DNA of 64,000 bases from an uncultured virus (IMG/VR IMGVR_UViG_3300025767_000007) (taxonomy: Duplodnaviria; Heunggongvirae; Uroviricota; Caudoviricetes): IMG/VR virus record IMGVR_UViG_3300025767_000007; one strand, 5' to 3'. A program made the translations under genes and the position numbers. Each line of letters begins with the position of its first letter. Position 1 is the stretch's first letter. A model generated the notes under the pieces. The model saw only the letters and a list, made by a program, of their open reading frames with translations, was not told the origin of the DNA and did no database searches. Shown here piece by piece: positions 48,483-58,471 of this stretch.

Positions 48483-50792
48483 ATGAATGATGTGGTAAAC
48501 GTAGTAAAACGTAGTGGGGCAGTAGAGCCCTTAGATATTAATAAAATACATGTAATGGTAGAAGAAGCGTGTGAAGGATTAGCAGGGGTTAGTGTTTCCC
48601 AAGTAGAAATGAATGCAGATTTACAATTTACAGATAAGATTGCTACATCAGACATACAAGAGATTTTAGTTAGAAGTGCAAGTGATTTAATTAGTTTAGA
48701 TCATCCAAACTATCAATATGTTGCGGCACGTTTATTGTTATATGGACTTCGCAAAGATGTATTTGGTAAGTTTGATTATGCTCCTCTTTATGACCTAGTA
48801 GTAGAAAATGTTAAACAAGGAGTATATGATGCTGAGTTATTAGAAATTTACTCAGAAGATGATTGGAGACAACTAGACGTATATATTAATCATGCTAGAG
48901 ATTTAGATTTTACATTCGCCGGTATGAGGCAAGTAGCAGACAAGTATCTTGTACAAGATAGAAGCTCAGGACATATTTACGAAACTCCTCAATATATGTA
49001 TATGTTGATTGCCGCTACTATATTTTCGAGTTATCCTTCTAATACAAGGTTATCATATATTCGCCGTTACTACGATGCAATTTCTACTTTTAAAATTAAT
49101 ATTCCGACACCCATTATGTCAGGTGTTCGCACTCCAATTAGGCAGTTTGCTTCCTGCGTTCTAGTAGACGTCGATGATACGTTACCGTCAATTTTTAATA
49201 GTTCATCAGCAGTTGGATATTATATAGCTCAACGTGCAGGCATTGGACTTAACTTAGGTCGTGTTCGTAGTATCGGATCTAAAATTAGAGGTGGCGAAGT
49301 AGCACATACAGGAGTTATTCCTTTCTTAAAAGTTTTTGAATCTGTAGTTCGTTCATGTACACAAAATGGTGTTCGTGGTGGAAGTGCTACAGTACACTTT
49401 CCTATATGGCATAAAGAAATTGAAGATATTATTGTACTAAAAAATAACAAAGGTACAGAAGATAACAGAGTGAGAAAGCTCGATTACTCAATACAGATCA
49501 GTAAGATCTTTTATGAAAGACTAATTCAAAGTAAACAGATTAGTCTTTTTTCACCTCACGATGCTCCAGGGTTATATGAAGCATTTGGTGACAATGAAAA
49601 GTTTGATGAGTTATATGTAAATTATGAGAATGATAAAAACGTACCTAGGACTGAAGTTTCAGCACATGAACTGTTTTCAGGTATTCTAAAAGAACGTGCA
49701 GAAACAGGTCGAATTTATATTATGAATATTGACCATTGTAACTCTCATAGTAGCTTTGATGTTCCAGTTAAGATGAGTAACTTGTGTCAAGAAATTACAT
49801 TGCCTACTACTCCTATTCAAGGACTAGAAGATGCATCGGGAGAAATTGCTTTATGTATTCTGAGTGCTATCAATGTTGGTACATTAAGAAACCATGATGA
49901 TTTGGAGAACTTATGTGATCTTGCCGTTCGTGCATTAGATGAAATAATTGACTATCAAAATTATCCTGTTAAAGCGGCAGAGATATCAACTAAGTCTAGA
50001 CGTAGTTTAGGAATTGGATATATTGGATTAGCACATTATCTAGCAAAACGTGAGTTACATTATAGCGATGATAAAGCGGCAAAAGAAGTCGGCCGTCTAA
50101 CAGAAGCATTTCAGTATTATTTAATTTCAGCAAGTGCTCAATTAGCAAAAGAAAAAGGTACCTGTTCTGCATATAACGAAACAAAGTACAGTAAAGGCAT
50201 TTTACCTATTGATACATACAAAGATGATATTGATAAGTTTTTAGGAAAGCAATTATTATTAGATTGGAAGACACTAAGAGAAACAGTTAAAGAACATGGA
50301 TTACGACATAGTACTTTATCTGCACAAATGCCATCTGAGAGTTCGTCTGTTGTTAGCAATGAAACTAATGGCATTGAACCACCAAGAGCATACATGAATA
50401 CTAAGAAAAGCAAGAAAGGTCCTTTGAAACAAATTGTTCCTCAGTATAATAAACTTAAGAATCATTATAGTTTCTTATGGGACGAAGGAGTTAATGAAGG
50501 TTATATTAAAATTGTTGCCGCTATGCAAAAGTACTTTGATCAAGCAATTAGTGGTAATTGGAGTTATAACCCTAAGTTATATGAAAACAATGAAGTACCA
50601 ATGAGTGTTATGTTTAACGATCTACTAACAACTTACAAATATGGTTGGAAGACAAGTTATTATCAAAACACATACGATTCTAAAGGTGAAGACGAAGAAT
50701 TATTAGGTGAGGTTCCTGAGGAGTTTACCCAACTTGCGGAGAACCCAAGTATTGTAATAGAAGAGGAAGAGTGTGAGGCATGCAACATTTAA
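48483..50792 (+). CDS. nrdA: Ribonucleoside-diphosphate reductase class Ia alpha subunit with ATP cone
   Basis: VVKRSG ATP cone, PTP, FASC, SNLCQEI, PSESSS, YY and C-terminal CEAC. Confidence 0.96.
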   Translation: MNDVVNVVKRSGAVEPLDINKIHVMVEEACEGLAGVSVSQVEMNADLQFTDKIATSDIQEILVRSASDLISLDHPNYQYVAARLLLYGLRKDVFGKFDYAPLYDLVVENVKQGVYDAELLEIYSEDDWRQLDVYINHARDLDFTFAGMRQVADKYLVQDRSSGHIYETPQYMYMLIAATIFSSYPSNTRLSYIRRYYDAISTFKINIPTPIMSGVRTPIRQFASCVLVDVDDTLPSIFNSSSAVGYYIAQRAGIGLNLGRVRSIGSKIRGGEVAHTGVIPFLKVFESVVRSCTQNGVRGGSATVHFPIWHKEIEDIIVLKNNKGTEDNRVRKLDYSIQISKIFYERLIQSKQISLFSPHDAPGLYEAFGDNEKFDELYVNYENDKNVPRTEVSAHELFSGILKERAETGRIYIMNIDHCNSHSSFDVPVKMSNLCQEITLPTTPIQGLEDASGEIALCILSAINVGTLRNHDDLENLCDLAVRALDEIIDYQNYPVKAAEISTKSRRSLGIGYIGLAHYLAKRELHYSDDKAAKEVGRLTEAFQYYLISASAQLAKEKGTCSAYNETKYSKGILPIDTYKDDIDKFLGKQLLLDWKTLRETVKEHGLRHSTLSAQMPSESSSVVSNETNGIEPPRAYMNTKKSKKGPLKQIVPQYNKLKNHYSFLWDEGVNEGYIKIVAAMQKYFDQAISGNWSYNPKLYENNEVPMSVMFNDLLTTYKYGWKTSYYQNTYDSKGEDEELLGEVPEEFTQLAENPSIVIEEEECEACNI

Positions 50793-51889
50793 AGAAAACC
50801 GTCTTTAATAAGAATAAAGTAGATTATACAAAACAGCCAATGTTTTTTGGCGAGGAATTAAACTCTCAGAGATTTGACGAGTTTCGTTATCCTGTCTTTG
50901 ACAAGTTAACACAAACACAACTTGGATTCTTTTGGAGACCTGAGGAAGTAAGTTTACAAAAAGATAGAAGTGATTATCTAAACTTTACTGATTCTCAGAA
51001 GTTTATTTTTACAAGTAACTTAAAGTATCAAACGTTACTCGATAGTGTTCAAGGTAGAGGTCCGGCGATTGCATTTGTACCTTATTGTTCGTTACCCGAG
51101 CTAGAAGCATGTATGATTACTTGGGATTTCTTTGAAACTATTCATAGCCGCAGTTATACTCATATTATTAAAAACATATATCCTGATCCTAGCGAGGTTT
51201 TTGATACTATTCTTGACGATGAAAAAATTGTTGCTAGAGCAGAAAGTGTAACAAAAGCATATGATGATTATATCAATGATGCACAATATTACTCAGCCAC
51301 AGGTAAAGGTGATTTACGAGAAATTAAGAAAAAATTATATCTAGCAATGGTTAATGTTAACGCATTAGAAGGTTTGCGTTTTTATGTATCTTTTGCATGT
51401 ACCTTTGCATTTGGTGAATTAAAAACAATGGAAGGTTCTGCTAAGATTGTTAGTTTAATTGCTAGAGACGAAAGTCAGCATTTAGCAGTTAGTACACATA
51501 TTATTAAGAATTGGATGAAAGGTGATGATCCAGAAATGGTTTCTATTGCTAAAGAATGTCAAGATGAAATTGGACTCATTTATGATAAAGTAGTAGAGGA
51601 AGAAAAGGAATGGGCAGATTATTTGTTTACAAATGGTTCTATTGTTGGACTAAACGAAAAACTATTACATATGTTCATTGAGCATACTGCAAACAAAAGA
51701 CTTAAGAGTTTAGGATTACCAATTCGTTATAACCAGAGTCCAAACGATAATCCGTTACCTTGGACACAACATTGGCTTTCAAACAAAGGAGTACAAAATG
51801 CTCCGCAAGAAACAGAAATTGAAAGTTATGTTATTGGTGGAATTAAACAAGACGTAGACAAAGACACATTTACAGGATTTAAATTATAA
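50780..51889 (+). CDS. nrdB: Ribonucleoside-diphosphate reductase class Ia beta subunit
   Basis: FWRPEE, LDSVQGR, ETIHSRSY, LEGLRFY, RDESQH and APQETE..SY. Confidence 0.96.
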   Translation: MQHLKKTVFNKNKVDYTKQPMFFGEELNSQRFDEFRYPVFDKLTQTQLGFFWRPEEVSLQKDRSDYLNFTDSQKFIFTSNLKYQTLLDSVQGRGPAIAFVPYCSLPELEACMITWDFFETIHSRSYTHIIKNIYPDPSEVFDTILDDEKIVARAESVTKAYDDYINDAQYYSATGKGDLREIKKKLYLAMVNVNALEGLRFYVSFACTFAFGELKTMEGSAKIVSLIARDESQHLAVSTHIIKNWMKGDDPEMVSIAKECQDEIGLIYDKVVEEEKEWADYLFTNGSIVGLNEKLLHMFIEHTANKRLKSLGLPIRYNQSPNDNPLPWTQHWLSNKGVQNAPQETEIESYVIGGIKQDVDKDTFTGFKL

Positions 51890-52215
51890 TGTTAGTATCA
51901 ACTAAAACAAGAAAAAAAGGAGATGTGATCTCCATAAAATTAACAAATGGAGAAGAACTTATTTCTTCATTTGTAGAAGAAAAAGACCAACATCTAATCA
52001 TTGATAGACCAGTATCGTTATCAACTGGTCCTCAAGGTGCACCGGCGTTGATGCCATTCTTTATGACAGCATCACCAGATGCTACAAGAAATATAAAGTT
52101 AGAAAAGCGTCATGTTGTTATGACTGCTGATACAGATGCACCGTTAGCCAAACAATATTCAACTGCAATGTCAGGAATTTTACCAGCAGGGGCGATTCCA
52201 GGCTTACAAGTTTAA
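51889..52215 (+). CDS. Small Sm-like-fold hypothetical protein
   Basis: GDVISIKLTNGEELIS beta pattern. Confidence 0.55.
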   Translation: MLVSTKTRKKGDVISIKLTNGEELISSFVEEKDQHLIIDRPVSLSTGPQGAPALMPFFMTASPDATRNIKLEKRHVVMTADTDAPLAKQYSTAMSGILPAGAIPGLQV

Positions 52216-52226
52216 TAAATACTTGT

Positions 52227-52511
52227 ATGACTGAAGTTCACAGAGATACAGATTCTAGAATATGCGGAGCAAGTACCGTTGTTGCTGGTAACTCAACTGT
52301 CTTTGCAAATAATTTATTGGTAAGTGTTGATGCAGATCCCAATTCACATGGCGCCGGAAGTATTATTGCAAGTACAAAAAATGTTTATGCTCATAACAAA
52401 CTAATTGTTGAGAACGGTGATGCCGCTAACCCGGATTCATTATGCCCAATACCACCTCATTGTGGCCCAGACACTAGTTCAGGGTCTCCTAATGTATTTG
52501 TAGGAAGTTAG
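52227..52511 (+). CDS. PAAR-like spike tip protein (T4 gp5.4-like)
   Basis: HRDTD..CG, H, PPHC and SGSPNVFVG. Confidence 0.8.
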   Translation: MTEVHRDTDSRICGASTVVAGNSTVFANNLLVSVDADPNSHGAGSIIASTKNVYAHNKLIVENGDAANPDSLCPIPPHCGPDTSSGSPNVFVGS

Positions 52512-52512
52512 C

Positions 52513-54375
52513 ATGGTTAATATTCCAGTAATCCCAGGAGTCAATGTTCAAACACAAGGAATACTCAATAAGTCTATTAAAGACATAATTTGTGCGATAC
52601 TCTTTGGCGGTATTGGAAACCTTTTAAAAGGAAATATCATATGTATTGAAGCAAATATAAACGAGATGCTTGAAGATGCCGGATATGCTAACTTATATGA
52701 TATAAAAGACGAATTAAGATTACTACAAGATGAAGTTAAAGCATTTAACGACCACTTAGGTATAAATGATATAACGCAAAGGATTAATGATGCGTTAGCA
52801 GAAGTAAGATATCTACTAAGTCTAGGAGGATTATGTCCTGTTCCAATTAAGATACCAAATATTAACGGAGATATATTAGATCAAGTCACTGATAATGTTT
52901 TTAATAACTTACAAGGTGTATTAAGTGCATTTGGTCCATTGCTAAAACCTAAAATTTGTATTGATGCACAAGGAAGAATAAACACAGGATCTTTTGATCC
53001 AGGTAGTATACTTGATAATATCAGGAAAGCATCACAAAATGCGTTAAATGCTGGAAGTGTAATACCATCAAGTATTACATCAGGCTTTAATAACCAAATA
53101 AGCGGTGTTACAAGCAGTATTAAACAGGCAAGGGCAATAGAACTATTTCCAGACTTTAGACACAAGCATAACTTATTAACAGGAGCACCTGTTGTTGCTG
53201 GACAACCAGCGATAACTATTGCCGCTAGACCATCAGATGCTGATATTGCCGCAGTAGCTGGACTTTCGACTACAAGTGGCCCAGCATTTGAGGCCGCAGG
53301 AGCCTCTTATCCTCCTCAAGGAAATCCTAATTTAACAGATGCAACTAAGCAAGCACAACAGTTGGTTGCCAATATTGCAAATAGTGCAAACTATCCTATT
53401 AATGCTGATAAAAATCTATGGGCAAGAGCATTGGGACCTGAAGTATATGCATTAGCATTAGATGCTTTAAACGGAGATGACCCATTTGTAGGTCAATCTC
53501 AAGATGTCTATGATTATTGTGGAAGAGTAGTTTCGCAAGAAACACAAACTATTACTGGAGATCCATTAGGTGCAGGATTGTCAGATACTACAGATGCAAA
53601 TCTAACACCAACACCAATAAACTATAGTTTACTATGGATTGATGCACCAGCACAAAGTAGGGTTGGTTGGGCAGTTAGTGGAATTACAGAAGAAGCATTA
53701 GTACCAGATGACTATGGTTGCGAAGTACTAACACCAGCACTAGCATTAAACCCTGAAATTGAGTTATTTCAAGGCAAATCTCATATACTAAGTCTGCCAC
53801 CAAGTAACCCAAATGTTAATTCTTTGGAAATAAGCAATTTTGGCTATAAAGATAACGGTTTAAGTGCCGTACGGACCCAAATTTCCTACGAAATGCCAGT
53901 TGGACAGGAATTTTACATATACGAAGCCAAATTAGACGGTTCAGGTAATAGAGTACCCGATATAACGAAGAGATGGACAAATGGACTGGTTCGTTTTGAA
54001 TTTTCTGAATACTTAGATGAAGCAAATGGCAGAAACGAAGATCAAATTACTTGGGCTCAATCATTTATTCCGGATTTAATTCCAGATCCAAATGATACCA
54101 ATAAGCAATTTGATTCTCAAGGACGATTGTTAAAGAGTACTTTGATACAAGCACCTTTACCAACCGAACCTGGTGAAGTTTGGACTGATAATGGATCAGT
54201 AGTATACGATAGTCCTACAGGTGGCTCTCCTATATTAGTAAAAACATGGAAACGTGCTATTGCTAATTTAGCAGTTGGAGAAAATATGCTTATTGAAGTT
54301 GATAATACCTTTCCAGATTACTTAACTTATAGTAATGAGGACGGAACAGTATACGGCTTACTAAAAATTACATAG
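52513..54375 (+). CDS. Hypothetical virion protein (620 aa)
   Basis: Long ORF directly after the PAAR gene. Confidence 0.7.
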   Translation: MVNIPVIPGVNVQTQGILNKSIKDIICAILFGGIGNLLKGNIICIEANINEMLEDAGYANLYDIKDELRLLQDEVKAFNDHLGINDITQRINDALAEVRYLLSLGGLCPVPIKIPNINGDILDQVTDNVFNNLQGVLSAFGPLLKPKICIDAQGRINTGSFDPGSILDNIRKASQNALNAGSVIPSSITSGFNNQISGVTSSIKQARAIELFPDFRHKHNLLTGAPVVAGQPAITIAARPSDADIAAVAGLSTTSGPAFEAAGASYPPQGNPNLTDATKQAQQLVANIANSANYPINADKNLWARALGPEVYALALDALNGDDPFVGQSQDVYDYCGRVVSQETQTITGDPLGAGLSDTTDANLTPTPINYSLLWIDAPAQSRVGWAVSGITEEALVPDDYGCEVLTPALALNPEIELFQGKSHILSLPPSNPNVNSLEISNFGYKDNGLSAVRTQISYEMPVGQEFYIYEAKLDGSGNRVPDITKRWTNGLVRFEFSEYLDEANGRNEDQITWAQSFIPDLIPDPNDTNKQFDSQGRLLKSTLIQAPLPTEPGEVWTDNGSVVYDSPTGGSPILVKTWKRAIANLAVGENMLIEVDNTFPDYLTYSNEDGTVYGLLKIT

Positions 54376-54393
54376 GTTTTTCACAATAAAAGG

Positions 54394-54429
54394 TTGACAT
54401 TCTATATCTTTAGTGCTATATTATAAATA
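54394..54429 (+). promoter_or_regulatory. Overlapping sigma70-type and late promoters
   Basis: TTGACA-17 nt-TATATT, followed by TATAAATA (54422-29). Confidence 0.65.
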
Positions 54430-54441
54430 ATACTGTAATAT

Positions 54442-54840
54442 ATGAAAGGATTCTTTGATATGCATGTTAGTAAACTGGCTATTGTTGCCGCTTTTTCACT
54501 TTCAATGATGTTAATAACATTTAACATAGCAACAGCTCACGAATATTCATACAAGCATTATCATAATTCTCATGATAGTTGGGACGTTGACAGGTATGAT
54601 GATTATAGTTACTATCACAGTGATTATTATAAACGTTATAAAAGAAATGATCGCGAAAGAGAACATTGGGATTGGTATTATGACGATAAGAGTGGCCCAG
54701 AAAGAGAGGACACATATTACATGCCAACACCTTCTCCAATAATCGTGCAACCTGTTCCTCCTATAGGTTATGAAAGAGTTATTGCATATGATAACTTATG
54801 TCATTGCAATATATACGTTCTTGTACCTATTAGACAATAA
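54442..54840 (+). CDS. Exported Tyr/His/Asp-rich low-complexity protein
   Basis: Signal peptide ending IATA, then a Y/H/D/R-rich tract and a Pro-rich segment; the start may be 54460. Confidence 0.65.
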   Translation: MKGFFDMHVSKLAIVAAFSLSMMLITFNIATAHEYSYKHYHNSHDSWDVDRYDDYSYYHSDYYKRYKRNDREREHWDWYYDDKSGPEREDTYYMPTPSPIIVQPVPPIGYERVIAYDNLCHCNIYVLVPIRQ

Positions 54841-54929
54841 TCTTAAAACCCTATCTAGTTTATTCTTTTGATAAATAAAGTTAACATGTGTATAGCACAT
54901 GTTATTAATTAAAAAGGTACAAATAAAAT

Positions 54930-55148
54930 ATGGCAATAGAACTAACAGGCAAAGTAAAATGGTTTCAAGACGCAAAAGGATGGGGTTTTATTAAACCTGA
55001 CGATGGTTCCGATGATGTTTTTGCACACTATTCAGCAATTAATTCGGATGGATTTAAATCATTAAAAGAAGGTCAAGCAGTAACATTTGAAGTAATTCAA
55101 GGTGCTAAAGGACGTCAAGCCGCCAATATCAATTTAATTGAATCTTAA
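54930..55148 (+). CDS. cspA: Cold-shock protein
   Basis: GKVKWF, KGWGFI (RNP1), DVFAHYSAI (RNP2), LKEGQAV and QAAN. Confidence 0.95.
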   Translation: MAIELTGKVKWFQDAKGWGFIKPDDGSDDVFAHYSAINSDGFKSLKEGQAVTFEVIQGAKGRQAANINLIES

Positions 55149-55281
55149 GACTAACTCTCCATAAATTATAACAATAGTAATCTTAAAGACTAAATAGATT
55201 ATGGTAGTACATGTATAGGAACATAGAGTAACTATGCATATAACATCTGTTTACAGAAAATAGATAAGGCATTAGAGATTT

Positions 55282-55779
55282 ATGAGTTTAACTGACTTTA
55301 TCGACAGCAGTATAAGTCGATTCGCAAAATATTATTCTTGGTTTGCATTACTAATGGTATTGTTCGTTGTGATCAATGTCTTGGGAAGATATTTCTTTGA
55401 CATTCGTAATGATTATGCAGTTGATTCAACATGGCAATTATACGGTATGCTTATTATGTTTGGTTGCAGTTATTCATTAGGAAAAGAAGCACATATTAGA
55501 ACAGATCTGTTCTGGAACAATTATAAAGATCGTACAAAAGCAATTATTGACTTTGTAAGTTATCTCTTACTATTCTTTCCTTCATTTGCACTTATCACAT
55601 ACATCAGTTTCAATGATACATCAGCCGCTATTGAGATGAACGAACGTAGTTCTGAAACAATGGCTCAGCTTGTCATCTGGCCTATGAAGATTGGTATTAC
55701 ACTTGGCTTGGTACTTTTGATGGTACAAGCATTGAGTCAAATGATTAAATGTTATAGAAGGATTTTTATCAATGAGTAA
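55282..55779 (+). CDS. dctQ: TRAP transporter small permease
   Basis: Four TM segments, RYFF, HIRTD and WPMK. Confidence 0.9.
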   Translation: MSLTDFIDSSISRFAKYYSWFALLMVLFVVINVLGRYFFDIRNDYAVDSTWQLYGMLIMFGCSYSLGKEAHIRTDLFWNNYKDRTKAIIDFVSYLLLFFPSFALITYISFNDTSAAIEMNERSSETMAQLVIWPMKIGITLGLVLLMVQALSQMIKCYRRIFINE

Positions 55780-57166
55780 TGAATGGCTAGCAATGACAAT
55801 GTTATTTACAATGATTGCCGGCATATTTGTTGGAGTTCCAGTTAGTTTTACACTAACATTCTTAGCATTAATTTTTGGATTAATTGGATTAGGACTAAGT
55901 GTTTTTGATCTTACATATCTTAACCTATTAGGAGGTCTTTCAGACGAAGTACTAATGAGTATTCCTATGTTTATTCTGATGGGTTACATTGCTGAACGAG
56001 CTGGATTGGTAGAAAATTTATTTGAAAGTTTAAAAAAGGTATTTTCAGGCGTTCCTGGTAACCTATACATTGTTGTTATCTGTATTGCAGTATTAATTAG
56101 TTTAGCAACAGGAGTAGTTGGAGCGTCAGTAACATTACTAGGCATTATGGCCGCTCCAAGCATGATTAAACAAGGATATGATGCTAAACTATCAGCAGGA
56201 GTAATAGCAGGAGGCGGGTCTCTTATTATGATTCCTCCATCTATTCCCCTTATTGTAATGGCGCCTACTATGAATCTTAATATCATTGACGTATATGCGG
56301 CCGCAATGGGACCAGGACTAGCGATTGCATTTATGTATCTAGTATACGTTATATACCTTATAAAAACAAAGCCAGAGGTAGCACCTATGATGCCTGTGGA
56401 AGAAAGAGTAGAAATAGATTACAAGTTAATTCTGTTAACATTATGGCATATTGTGCCATTAGCGTCATTAATTCTTATTACACTAGGATCAATGTTATTT
56501 GGACTAGCAACTAGTACAGAAGCTGGTGCATTTGGTGCATTTGGTGCTTTATGTTTAGCCGCTATTAACAGAAAATTAACTTTAACAAATATTCAAGAAG
56601 CATTACTAAAAACTACTAACACGTCAGCAGTAGTAATGTTATTAGCAATTACGTCAACTATATTTGGTGCCGTATTTGCTTCCTTGGGTGGTGACAAAGT
56701 CATTGTATCGGTACTAACTTCGATGCCTATACCCGGATGGGCAATAGTTGGAGCGATATTAGTGTTATGTCATATTTTAGGCTGGCCCTTTGAGTGGCCA
56801 GTGGTAGTGCTAGTGTTCTTACCAATTTTCTTACCAGTATTAATTGATACTGGTGTTGACTTAATTTGGTTTGCGGCCGCTTTGGGTGTTATTTTACAAA
56901 CAGCATATTTAACACCTCCTGTAGCCTTAACCGGATACTACCTAAAACAGGTGGTGCCTTCGTGGGATCTTAAATTAATATTCAAAGCAATGATGCCCTT
57001 TATGTATATTCAGGTTATTTGTGTTGTAATATTGTTTATTACACCTGGCCTTGCAACATGGTTACCTAATTACCTAGCAGAGCAAAGAAAAAATATAGTA
57101 CAAGAAGTACTAGATGATGATGTCAAAGGACAGGAAGTCGACTTCCTAGGTGTCCTTGGACAATAA
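55772..57166 (+). CDS. dctM: TRAP transporter large permease
   Basis: GVPVSF, SIPMFILMG, IPPSI, TSTEAG and LTPPV; many TM helices. Confidence 0.93.
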   Translation: MSNEWLAMTMLFTMIAGIFVGVPVSFTLTFLALIFGLIGLGLSVFDLTYLNLLGGLSDEVLMSIPMFILMGYIAERAGLVENLFESLKKVFSGVPGNLYIVVICIAVLISLATGVVGASVTLLGIMAAPSMIKQGYDAKLSAGVIAGGGSLIMIPPSIPLIVMAPTMNLNIIDVYAAAMGPGLAIAFMYLVYVIYLIKTKPEVAPMMPVEERVEIDYKLILLTLWHIVPLASLILITLGSMLFGLATSTEAGAFGAFGALCLAAINRKLTLTNIQEALLKTTNTSAVVMLLAITSTIFGAVFASLGGDKVIVSVLTSMPIPGWAIVGAILVLCHILGWPFEWPVVVLVFLPIFLPVLIDTGVDLIWFAAALGVILQTAYLTPPVALTGYYLKQVVPSWDLKLIFKAMMPFMYIQVICVVILFITPGLATWLPNYLAEQRKNIVQEVLDDDVKGQEVDFLGVLGQ

Positions 57167-57185
57167 TATTTTGGAGAATAAAAAT

Positions 57186-58280
57186 ATGAAACGTTTCATC
57201 GGAGCGGTATTAGCTACCGCAATGTCATTTGGCGTAGTGGCTTCAGTAGCAACTGCAAATGCCAAAGAACTACAGATTGCATCTAGTTTTGGAGCAATCT
57301 CAACTTTTAACGAGCAAGCAAACTTTCTTGCCGAAAGAGTTAAAGTATTAACTGACGGAAAAATTGATATGAAAATCAGACCTTCCGGCGCATTAGTTCC
57401 TTCTTTTAAGGTTCTAGATGCTACGGCGTCAGGTGCAGTAGATGGTGCATGGACTCAGTCTTATTACTGGGTAGGAAAGTCAAAGACTCTTGCATTGTTT
57501 AATAGTCCGTTAGGAGGACCTTACGGTATGGACGGGATTGATTTCCTAGGTTGGATGTTCCACGGTGGTGGACTTGAATTGTATAACGATTTTTATCAGA
57601 ATGAGTTAAAAATGGATGTACAGGCACTTCCAGCAATGCCTACTCAGAATCAGCCATTGGGTTGGTTCCATCGCCCAATTAAAGATCTAGCAGATCTCAA
57701 AAACTTTAAATGTCGTCAAACTGGCGCCAACGTAGAACTTTATGCTCGTATGGGTATGCAGACTATTGGTATGCCAGGTGGTGAGATTATGGCCGCGGCC
57801 CAAAAGGGTGTTATTAATTGTGCTGAATTCGTTGGTGGTTTAGAAGACGAACGTCTTGGATTTCCTACAGTATGGAAATACTACTACTTGAATTCATTGC
57901 ATGAGCATTCAAATACTGGTGATCTATTGATTAACGGTAAAGTGTGGCGTTCAATGACTAAGCAACAGCAGACCGCTGTTCGTTCTGCCGCTTATGAGTC
58001 ATATCTATGGTGGTTAACTGATATTCAAGCAAAGAATGGTGAGGCACTTGCTAGAATGATCAAAGAGCATGGCGTTAGAGTTATGAAGACTCCAGCAGAT
58101 ATTTTGGTTGCTGAGTTAGAAACTATTGACGAAATGTTAGCAGAAAATGCCGCAAAGGATCCTTATTTTGCAAAAGTACTTGCTTCTCAGAAAGCATGGG
58201 CAAAGAAAGTAGTTCCATTTAAGAACGTAGCATTTACGCCTTATAACTATGCCGCAGATTACTACTGGAAGAAAAAGTAG
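57186..58280 (+). CDS. dctP: TRAP substrate-binding protein (TakP-like) with signal peptide
   Basis: GGAG SD before ATG 57186; signal peptide ending ANA; YYWVGK, GWF, KCR, MPGGE and AEFVG..D. Confidence 0.9.
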   Translation: MKRFIGAVLATAMSFGVVASVATANAKELQIASSFGAISTFNEQANFLAERVKVLTDGKIDMKIRPSGALVPSFKVLDATASGAVDGAWTQSYYWVGKSKTLALFNSPLGGPYGMDGIDFLGWMFHGGGLELYNDFYQNELKMDVQALPAMPTQNQPLGWFHRPIKDLADLKNFKCRQTGANVELYARMGMQTIGMPGGEIMAAAQKGVINCAEFVGGLEDERLGFPTVWKYYYLNSLHEHSNTGDLLINGKVWRSMTKQQQTAVRSAAYESYLWWLTDIQAKNGEALARMIKEHGVRVMKTPADILVAELETIDEMLAENAAKDPYFAKVLASQKAWAKKVVPFKNVAFTPYNYAADYYWKKK

Positions 58281-58300
58281 TTTTAAAAGCATATAACGTT

Positions 58301-58332
58301 AAAAATAGGGTGCTTATGCATCCTATTTTTTT
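58301..58332 (+). terminator. Rho-independent terminator
   Basis: AAAAATAGGGTGC/GCATCCTATTTTT followed by a T tract. Confidence 0.8.
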
Positions 58333-58471
58333 GGCTATAACTTCTATATTTGTTATAAATGTATAAATACACTTGGATAGATACGGTTTAATACCTTATC
58401 GGAAAAAGCCAGTTTTCTATCTCAATGTTACTTGAAGTAATATTGTTTTCTTAAGAAAAAAGGAGTCAATT

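Noticed and set aside
22438..51889. Inteins or introns in terL, uvsX, helicase, nrdA or nrdB
   Set aside because: All are continuous, of ordinary length, and without splicing or homing-endonuclease motifs.
55197..55281. Possible riboswitch upstream of dctQ
   Set aside because: Only weak AT-rich pairings, and no recognisable aptamer consensus.
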